Of a stretch of DNA of 64,000 nt, positions 28,401 through 39,600 are shown piece after piece. Under the pieces are notes generated by a model. It saw nothing but the letters and a program-made list of their open reading frames with translations. It did no database searches and was not told the DNA's origin. The stretch is from Octopus vulgaris. Lineage: Eukaryota. The position numbers and the translations under genes are program-made. Position 1 is the first letter of the stretch; each line of letters starts with the position of its first letter. The stretch is from NCBI GenBank assembly GCA_951406725.2, contig OX597820.1, positions 60,326,001 through 60,390,000 on the forward strand, in the 5' to 3' direction.

Positions 28401-31400
28401 TAATGTGGAAATGTCTGGAAAGCGAACAATGTATGAGTCAGATACATGCCTGTGTGTGTATGGAGGGGAGAAAATCAAGTGTAGTGTTGGCGAATCTCAG
28501 GAAGCATGGAAGTTTTGAAGGATGCAGTGCTCCGACAACTAACAACTGATGCCGGCAGTTTGTTCCATGCTTCAGCAACTCTCAGCGTGAAAAAATGTTT
28601 CCTGAAGTCATGGGAGCTGTGCTGTTTTCTTACTTTGTAAATATGTCCACGGGTGTTAGATGGGTGGAGTTTGAAAAGGTGCTCAGAGTTATTGTTTGTA
28701 CGATGGTTGATAATTTTATGGGTGTCTGCCAAGTCAGCTGCCAGACGTCGGAGTTTCAATGTGTCCATGCCCAGGGAAGTAAGGATATGTTCAGGATATG
28801 ACAAATGCCTGATGGAAGGTATTCTTTTGATTGCACGTCGCTGAACAGCTTCCAGACGATTGATATCCTGGGCAAGATAGGGGTTCCAGACCGGTGATGC
28901 AAATTCCAGGTGAGGTCTTACCATAGCTATATAAAGCCGCAGATAGATAGCCGGAGAGCGGCTCACAAAGGATTTGGTGAGTGATGCCAAGACACCCTCA
29001 GCCTTCTTGACAATTTTAGCAATGTGTTTTGTCCAACGCAAATCACTGTCGACAATAACACCCAGGTCACGTTCACATGAAGACTTTTTGAGACTAGTGT
29101 TGTGGAGGGAGTAGGTGGACGCTGGGTTTCTCCTCCCAAAATGCATGGTGGTACATTTGTCCACAGCCAGCTTGAGTTGCCAGTCCATGATCCACTGCTG
29201 CATTGTGTCCAGGTCTGCTTGCAATAGAGATCTATAGTGTACAGGATTTGACCTCTTTATTTCGAGGTACAGCTAGATGTCATCTGCATATTTCAGCACT
29301 GTGGCATTCTTTAAGTTGGCATCTATGTCATTAACATATGCAACAAATAAAAGGGGGCCAAGAACAGATCCCTGTGGTACACCAGATGTCATCTCAGGGC
29401 GAAGAGTGCTGTCCTAGAACTGTGACAACCTCTTTTCGGCTGAAAATAAAGGACTTTAACCAGTTATAGAGTTCGTCTCTTACACCCAACGCAGAAAGCT
29501 TCACCATAAGTCTTTTGTGTGGCACAGAGTTAAAAGCCTTAGCAAAGTCCAGGTAAACAACATCCACCCAGGATCCGCGATCAGTGATTTGGGTAACGTC
29601 CTCAAGAAACTCGATGAGTTGATTACAGCAGCTGGAGTTAGGGATAAATCCGAATTGTGATGGCTGGATGAGGCTGTGAGACTTCCAGAAGTTCCAGAGG
29701 GTTTCTCTGATACAGGATTCCATCAGTTTGGCGATGCAGCTGGTAAGACTGACAGGGCGATAGTTGACAGGCGATGTGCGGTCGCCTTTTTTGAACAGAG
29801 GGATGACATTGGCAGTTTTCCACTGTTCTGGAGTAACACCATTGTCAAGACAGAATTGGAAGAATAGAGAAAGTTGGCTTAGAAGAAAGTACCCACCGCG
29901 TTTGAGAAGTAGGTATGTAACACCATCGAGACCAGGAGAGGCATAATTGCGTTTATTCTTTAGGTGGCGTTGCAGCATTGCTGGTGTAAATTGCATAGTA
30001 GGTATAGAGTCCGATGTCAGTGGTGATGAAGATGGAACATTTTGGTCTTCGACAGTAAAGATGCCGGCATAGCATCCAGCAATGATTTCTGCACATTCTT
30101 CGGGATTGCCAGTAATCTGTCCTGTGTGGGGATTGCGAAGGGGACCAACTGGAGAGTGGGGTCTCTGCTTTGAGTGCACATACTTCCAGAACACTTTGCT
30201 GTCAGGGTTAGCTGCAATGCGTTGTTCAAATTCAAGCACTGCCTTTTTTGTCACCTGCTTGAGGTGGTTGGCTGACCTATTGCGCTTTTTCCTGTTGCTC
30301 TCTGATTTGTGCAATTTGTATTCCCGTTCAGCATTACGGCGTTCTTTCCAGGCAAGTCGGACTGCTGCAGTCTCCCAAATTGCACTATTGGGTGGTTTTT
30401 TGTGCTTGCGTGGTACTGATGCTGCACATGCTGCCCATATTGAATTCAGAATGTTCTGGAGTATAGTGTCCACATCTCCAGAGGCATAAAATTCGTGCCA
30501 GTTTGGGCGTTGCAGCTCAGTACAATAAGAGCTCCAGTTTGCTTTATTCCAGTCAAAGCGGGCAGTCTGAAGATGGTTGTGTTTTTTGTTATAACCAATC
30601 AGAGACAAGTCGGCCATGATCATGGAATGATCAGAGTCACCTAAAGGTTCTTCGATAGTGACACTAATGATTGTTTCAGGAGAAGCGGTAAGTAGCAGAT
30701 CCAATGTGTTGTTACCCCTTGTGGGGGAGGTAACAACTTGGGACCAATTTGAATTCAGCACCAGTTCAAGGAAATCGTCTGCACCTTGCGGCCAACGGAA
30801 GGCCTCCCAGTCAATCTCAGGGAAGTTGAAGTCCCCCGCAATATACACATATGTGGCTGTTTTCATGGCAGCAGCTCTGAGGATATCAAAAAGCTGTGCG
30901 TCTTGGCGATAATTTGGAGGACGGTAAACGACTCCGAGCAGAAGTGTTGACATGGTCATGTGTATATTGCAGAAAAATACCTCCTGCTGAGATTGGATCA
31001 AATCATCACAGGGGATTGCCGATAGACTTGATCGAACATAAATCATCACACCCCCTCCACGGCGATTAATGCGGATTAATGCGGCGATTAATTTTATTTC
31101 TTTATTTTGACAACATAAGTATTCCATTCTATATTAAATAGTCTGGAAATTTATTTCGTTCAATGGTTTCAATGTAAAAATATTTTTATGCTCTACCAAA
31201 TTATCTCAAACTGAAACTATTAGGTTGGTGCATAATTATTGAGGCTTTTTTCAATAAGTTTTATTCAACAAAAACAATAACAATATTTAACAAAAACATC
31301 TTTACATGATTATTCTGGAGCACATTCACCATCTACTTCAATTTCTGCTTGGTGTTTTGTTTAAATTTTTTTGTTGAATAAAATTTTTTGAAAAAAAGCC

Positions 31401-33557
31401 ACAATAATTATGCATCATTCTAATATAACATAGTCTCTAGGGCAAAGGGGAACAACTTTTAATAAACCCAAAATTAATTTAAAAAAAAGTGAAAGCACTT
31501 TATTGTTCACAGAATTTAAAAACACAACTGTAAACTTAAAATCATCACTATCATTTAGTGTCCGTTTTCCATGCCGGCATGGGTTAGACGATTTGATTGG
31601 AACAACGTAATTGAACATTTTAAAAAGGATAAAGTTAGCACTCAGACCAAGACAAACTTATCATTTTATGTATCGCTGGCACAGGTGCCTTTTACGTGCC
31701 AACGGCACTGGCCACAACCATGATTTCACTTGTATCGCTGGCACAGGTGCCTTTTACGTGCCAATGGCACTGGCCACAACCATGATTTCACTAAGCTTGA
31801 CATGTCTTCTCAAGCACAACAAATTGCCAACAGTCTTGGTCACTTGTCATCACTTCCACGAGACTCAACGTCCGTCAATGTTGAGTCTCACAGTACTTTA
31901 AAGCTTGTAATTATTTTATCAGCTCCTTTTGCTGAACTGCTAAGTTACAGGGTCTTAAACCAATACTGGTTATCTCATGATGGGAGGACTAACACAATCA
32001 CACACACACACACACATGATGAAGTTCCATAGTTTTTGTCAAACAAATTCACTCACAAAGCATTGGTTGACTTGGGGCTGTAATAGAAGACATTGTCCAA
32101 GGTGTCACACAGAAGGATTGAACCTGAGACCATGTGATAGGAAAGTCAGCATCTTAACCATGCAGCCACACTTGCATGAATAACAATCTTTGCATAATAC
32201 TTTAAAGAAAACACATTACAGATGTCACATAGTCTTCCTAGCTTAAAACCGACTGTTGGAAATGGACAACACATAAAAGCTAAATCTTCTATCAAAATAA
32301 TCATGTGAATATTGGAACTTCCCATTGTGGTTGCATAATAAGAAGTTTGCTTTCCAACCACATGGTCCCATGTTCAGTCCCACTGCACAGCAGCTGGGGC
32401 AAATGTCACCTATTATAGCCCCCAGGCTGACCACAGACTTGCAAGTGGATTTGGTAAACCAGTGGCTCTTGACTACATTTTTTAATCTATGGACCCATTC
32501 AATTACTATTTTATCCTGGTGGAATAAGATTAATTTTATAGATACTTCTTCCAAAATTCTAAAATATTGCTTTTCACACAATGACTTGTATATGTTGAAC
32601 TATGTAAAACGTAAGAGAAAGAAACTGAGCTGATTCTTGCAATAAAGCAAGGGTTCCCAACCTTATTTTGCTTGTGGACCCCATGAGAGCTATCTTATCA
32701 TCTGTGGATCCCATATATGCACATGCAAATTTTTGAAATAAAATATTTGTTTGTAGGTTAGTAAAAACTAACAATGAAACAATTTCGTTATATTCACAAC
32801 ATAAATTCCAAATACAAATCTTGAAAATTTCAATAAATACAGGTTCCTCTCCTAGTAAAAAGAATTTATATATGGACCAACAAATTACAGTTTTTTACTC
32901 GTGGACACCTTTAAAGCTTCTGTGGATCCCAGTTGGGAACCCCTGATCTAAAGCAACATTTTTTTCATGCATACTTAATATACTACTTTGGATTCCCAAT
33001 TTACCAATTTGTTTGCTTGGAACCCCAAAAATACATGGACTGCAAAGTTGATCCCCACCCCACCCAAAATCTTATACGGACCTCAAAGGGTCATGTGGAC
33101 CCCAGTTGAGAACCACTGTGGTAACTGGAAACTGAAATAACCTGTTGTGTCTGTCTGTCTACATACATATAAATGCGTGTGTGTGTGTCTTTGTATCCCC
33201 CCACCAACACCACTTGATAACTGGCATTGGTTTGTTTACATCTCATAACTTAGCAACTTGATAATAAGATACTGAGAGAATAGGTGCCAAGCTTTGAAAA
33301 AAAATAAGCACTGGGTTGATTTGTTTGACAAAACCCTTCAAGACAGTGCTGAGCATGGTTGCAGTCTAATGATTGAAACAAGTAAAAGATAAATAGGCGT
33401 AGGAGTGGCTGTGTGGTTAGTAGCTTGCTTACAAACCACATGGTTCCAGGTTCAGTCTCACTGCGTGGCACCCTGGGCAAGTGTCTTCTACTATATCCTT
33501 GGGCCAACCAAAGCCTTGTGAGTGGATTTGGTAGACGGAAACTGAAAGAAGCCCGTC

Positions 33558-33625
<68 letters not shown>

Positions 33626-36600
33626 ATATATGTTTGTTCCCTCCAACATCGCTTGACAACCGATGCTGGTGAGTTTACATCCCCGTAACTTAACGGTTCG
33701 GCAAAAGAGACTGATAGAATAAGTACTAGGCTTACAGGGGTTGATTTGCTCGACTAAAGGTGGTGCCCCAGCATGGCCACAATCACATGACTGACACAAG
33801 TAAAAGAGATATAATTTTAAGGTAAATGTAAAAAAAAAAAAAAACTGAAATGAAGATATACACTTACTCGTTTTACTGTTTAACTTTAAAAGCTTTTGGT
33901 CTTCCTGTTGCAAATTTTCAAATATACTTGGGTATGGTAGGTCAATCTCATTTTTTTCATTAGCATCGGTAAAATTTCTCTCGATTTCAGACTGGTTTGG
34001 TTTTACTGATGATATATGACTATGTAACATTTCATGCTTTAATACTTTACTTGCAGAATTCTCTTCATCATTGCTCTTAGAGAGAATCTGTTTTGCACAT
34101 TTGATAGAATTCTCTGAAACGCTAACATTTTTACCTAAAGCTGTTTGAAATGCTACAAAATGCCCAGTTTTATTATTCTCTTCATTACAGTTCTCAGAGA
34201 AAATCTGTTTAGCACATTTGACAGACTTCTCTGAAACGGTTACATTTTTACCTAAAGCTGTCTGAAATGCTACAAAACACCCAGCTGTATTGTCGTGACA
34301 AGTGGAGATAGATTTCTCAATTTCTTTTTGTTTAGAGATATGATCTTTTTCAGGAACAGCTTGCCTTGTGTTATTTTTAATAAAATAAAATTCCTTTTCC
34401 ATCTTTTCAACTGCAGATGTCATCGCTAGTTCATCTGAGATATCATCATTCATTTGGTTCTCAACAGGAATATCATCAACATGCTGCATTTGTTTATTGG
34501 TATTATGAAGTTTTATCTCATGTATAGGGAATGCTGATCTTAAAGGTTGGTTTTCATATATTTCCATTGATTGTGCTAATATATCATCAGAAATTTCAGA
34601 ATTTTTTGATATTATGCTCTCACGATTCTCTTCTTTTTCATTATGAATGGATACTGATTTTGAATTCTCAGAGGAGCACTTAGATCTTTTGCAAACTGAG
34701 GTAGAGTTTTCATCAGATATTTCTGAAAAGTTTCTTTTTTTACTATCAGATGTTTCAGGTGGATCAAAAGTAGTATCTTCAGAAAAACTTTTCTGAAGCT
34801 CATCTAATAATTGGTCACATTGTTCTGAAATTTCTTCATTTGAAGAAATTACTGATTTCTCTTTCACTAAATCTGACAAAGTGTTACTGACAGATGCCAT
34901 TGTATCTGTTCTAACTTCAGACGAGTTTAAATCAGTAAACAAAAGATCATTTACCACATTTTTCTCAAGAGATTGTTTTATTTCAATCACAGACTTTTCA
35001 TTTAATATATTTTCTGTTTTCAAATTAGAATGAGAATTGACAAGTAATTCTGGCCTGTCCTTATTACAAAGCTTTCTATCAGATGCTGAGGTAGAAGATA
35101 CTGTCATCTTTGAAGATGAAAATTCATGAGCCTGAAGGCATGTTGTACCTGGTCCAACAAATTCATTTTCACCTGCCAATAATGCTTGGGTTTTTGTGTC
35201 TTTTTCATCACCAATTATCTTAAAACCATCAGATGGGGAATTTTGAATATTTTCTTCTAACTGTTCATTTGTTATTGTGGTAGACACTCTTAAATGACCA
35301 TCACCGTCAATTTTACCATCATCTATAGCTTCAGCTACAGTTACATAATCTTTAATTTCTATAAGATTATCACCCAACTGTCTTTCATTACTGATATTTT
35401 GTTCCTTTGTTTTATTACCTAGATGTTTCTCTGTTAAATTAATCAATGGAATAGTGCTTTTCAATTCATATTTACCACTAGCTGCATTTTCAATCATGTT
35501 CTCTGAACATGTACTTTGGTTTTTAAGAAGAGAATTAGTACTAGGTTTCTTTTCTTCACACAATACATGGCAGTCTTTATCATTGAGCTCAACATTCTTA
35601 ATAGTATTGTTACTGAATTTATTTTGAAGTAATGCAGGTTTATTAATTATCCTTGGAGATTTAAAAGGACAAAATCTTTTTGACAATTGTTTGTCAGAAC
35701 AAGATTTTATTGAAAGTTTTCTTTTAAGACTTCTACTTTCTTCAAATTTCTTTTTCTTCATATTCTGCATATCCCTAACCAATTCAATAGATTCTAAGTC
35801 ACTGTTTTTTGTAGAATTTAATGCTTCAGAAAATAAATCAGATTTTAGATACTGTGCATTGTCAGTGATGTAGTGTTCAACCTTCTTGAAGTTTTGTTCA
35901 TTTATTTGAACTGTTTGCATTTTGGCTGTAGAAAATCCCTGAAATTCCTCAACAGTTTCATCACTCACATCCACTAAATCCTGTGCTTTTTGTAAGCTCT
36001 TTTCATTTATTTGAATCTTCTGCCCTCTAGCTGTAGAAAAACCTTGGAATTTCTCAACAGTTTCATCATTCTCATTCAATAAATTTTGTGCTTTTTTTAT
36101 GCTTTTTTCGTTTATTTGAATCTTCTGCCCTTTAGCTGTAGAAAATCCTTGGAGTTTCTCAACAGTTTCATCATTATCATACACTAAATTCTGTGCCTTC
36201 TCTAAGGTTTTGTGGTTTAACTGAATCTTTTGCCCTTTAGCTGTAGAAAATCCTTGGAATTCCCCATCAGTTCCATCATTCTCATTCACTAGATTTTGTA
36301 CTTTTTGTAAGCTCTTTTGGTTTATTTGAATCTTCTGCCCTCTAGCTGTAGAAAAACCTTGGAGTTTCTCAACAGTTTCCTCACTGTTAATTAGTACATT
36401 CTGTGCCTTTTCTAAGCTCTTTTGGTTTACTTCAATCTTCTTCCCTTTAGCTGTAGAAAAACCTTGGAGTTTCTCAACAGTTTCATCATTCTCATTCAAT
36501 AAATTGTGTGCCTTTTGTAAGCTTTTTTGGTTTATCTGAATCTTCTGCCCTTTAGCTGTAGAAAACCCTTGAAATTCCTCAATGGTTTCATCACAGTCAC

Positions 36601-39600
36601 TCATTAAGCTTTGTGCCTTTTGTAAACTTTGTGGGTTTATCGAAATTTTTTGTCCTTTAGCTGTAGAAAAACCTTGGAATTTCTCAACAGTTTCATCATT
36701 ATCATTCACTAAATTTTGTGCGTTTTGTAAACTTTTTTCATCAATTTGAATCTTCTGCCCTCTTGCTGTAGAAAAACCTTGGAATTTCTCAACAGTTTCA
36801 TCATTATCATTCACTAAATTTTGTGCCCTTTGTAAACTTTTTTCATCAATTTGAATCTTCTGCCCTCTTGCTGTAGAAAAACCATGGAATTTCTCAACAG
36901 TTTCATCACTATCATTCAATAAATTTTGTGCTTTTTGTAAGCTTTTTTCATCAATTTGAATCTTCTGCCCTCCTGCTGTAGAAAATCTTTGGAGTTTCTC
37001 AACAGTTTCATCATTATCATACACTAAATTCTGTGCCTTCTCTAAGCTTTTTTGGTTTAACTGAATCTTTTGCCCATTCCCAGTAGAAAACCCTTGGAAT
37101 TCCTCAATAGTTTCATCATTCTTTTTCACTAAATTTTGTGCCTTTTGTAAGCTTTCTTCATTAATTTGAATCTTCTGTCCCTTGATATCTTGATCATTTC
37201 GTTCTACTTTTTCTAAGATCACTTCTCTCTGACCTGGTTGCTTATTGCTGTCAACTTGTATAATGTCTTTTGACAATTTAGTATTCAATTTATCATTATC
37301 ACAGTGATAAGAAATTTCAGGTATATGCTGAAATGGAATGGTAGTATCATTGAAACTCTCTGAGAAATCTTCTGATGATTGCCAATAGACGATTTGACTG
37401 GCTGTAAAGTGATCTTCAACAGAACCACTGAATTTATGAAAATCTTTTAACTGTTTAGAGTGGGAGGGACCAACATTAGTTGTTTCTGAAACATTTTCAC
37501 ATTTGTTTCCTTCACTAGATTTCTTTGTGGCAATGCCTGAAGAAAACCCAGCTTGCTTCTGGAGTAAGGAAGATTTATTTTTAGAAGATTGCAATGAATT
37601 ATACCGAGGTAATATGGGGACAGTCTTTTGGATTTTATCAGCTGTTGTTTGCTGCATTGGTTTCTGTTTATCACAAGTTACCGAAGCTATTTGTTGCTTG
37701 TTTTTAACATTATCAGAAGCAGGGAGATTGTCATCTAAATAAATTGGGATATTCTAAAATAAAAGTGTAAAAATGGGAAATAGAGTTTTAATTAGAGCAT
37801 CCAATATGAATTAAATTACAACAAATCATATAAATTTCGTTTTTGGATTTGGTTTGCAAGATTCTTTATATGAGTTCGTGTGTTGAAGCATATTCTGTTG
37901 TGTCTGGGGAGAGTCATTCTCTTTTAGTGCCTTATTATTTAACACACTCACCGGTAAAATTTCCACTTATTTCTTATTTTTATTTTCTAAAATTTTTGTT
38001 GCATCTTGCAACCTTTTCAATAGTCTTGACTATTTTTCAAGAGTCAAGACTATTGAAAAGGTTGCAAGACACAATGAAAATTTTAGAAAATAAAAATAAG
38101 AAATAAGTGGAAATTTTACCGGTGAGTGTGTTAAATAATAAGGCACTAAAAGAGAATGACTCTCCCCAGACACAACAAATCATATAAATCTTTCAAGAAA
38201 ATAGCTGAATGAAAGATGTTTGAATATGGAATATGTTTGGCAAGACATTATTCTAATTCATTAAAAATATCAATAATCAGCATTAAACAAATAAAACCAA
38301 TTTGGTTAGAACTCCTATTTATCATCTTAGTTAAACAAAAATAGACTAAAGGTGAAAAGGAATCACTGAAAAAGAAAATTAATTATTGTTTACTTCTGAA
38401 AATAATCATCTTTAATGATTTTTAAAAATAGCCAGGTAACTAATTTGATAACAGTTATGCCTTTAATTGTACTAATTTTGCAACTCATACACCTCAAGCA
38501 CAACTTTTCACGATTTCTCCACAATAACTCACCATTGAGGAATACAACAAATTCAGGGAATGTAGGCAGATATAAAAGAAACAACAAAAAAGATCACTAA
38601 AAACCTCAGTATGTGTCCCTATATTTACTACTGAACTCATCTTTAACTCTTTTGATACCAACCTGCTTGAAGCTGCTCCTATTTCCATGATACAAACTAC
38701 CTATTTTAAAGTGATTTAACCAAAACCGGCCATCAACATCATCATCATCATCATCATCATTTAGCGTCCGCTTTCCATGCTAGCATGGGTTGGACGGGTC
38801 AACTGGGGTCTGTGAGGCTGGAAGGCTTCGTCAGGCCCAGTCAGATCTGGCAGTGTTTCTACGGCTGGATGCCCTTCCTAACGCCAACCACTCCGCGAGT
38901 GTAGTGGGTGTTTTTTACGTGCCACCTGCACAGGTGCCAGACAGAGCTGGCGAACGGCCACGAACGGACGGTGCTTTTACGTGTCACTGGCATGGGGGCC
39001 AGCCGAGGCTGACAACGAACACGAACGGATGGTGCTTTTACGTGCCACCGACACGGGGCCAGACAGTGCTGGCAAACGGCCACGAAACGGACGGTGCTTT
39101 TACGTGTCACCGGCACGGGGGCCAGCCGAAGCTGGCAACGGACGCGAATGGATGGTGCTTTTACGTGCCACCGACACGGTTGCCAGACCATGTTCCAAAC
39201 ATCAGCTTAATAATAACAAAGTTATATTACTAATTTCTTGTTTTTAGTATCACTTGAAACAAAGGCATCTTATTTCAGCAGAAATATACTAACAAAATGG
39301 TTTAGCTTATTAATTACAAATCTGTTTGTTATTAATAACGTTCAGTCTGTTTGTACTGCCTTGTAGGAAAGCGATATTTTAACACTACAATAAAACCAGA
39401 GAACATGGTCTTAATATTTCTTTTTTTGCCTATGCCTTAATCAAGGGAGGAAGTTATAATACAGGTGACCAGGTGCTAAATATTTCAAAGATATTTATGG
39501 TCATGTGATGGTGTTAAAGTCTACCGTCTAAGAACAAGAACAGCTTGACCTTCAGACACAGTTTCCATCTTCTGAATTTCACTCACAAAGCTTTGATTGA

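Noticed and set aside
33491-33867. C-terminal tail of the 1388-aa ORF
   Set aside because: Lies beyond the GTAAGT donor at 33867 and runs through poly-T and an antisense SINE; intronic.
38890-39185. CRISPR-like repeat-spacer pattern
   Set aside because: Eukaryotic intron, no cas genes, spacers related to each other; it is the RTE 3' UTR repeat found many times in the window.
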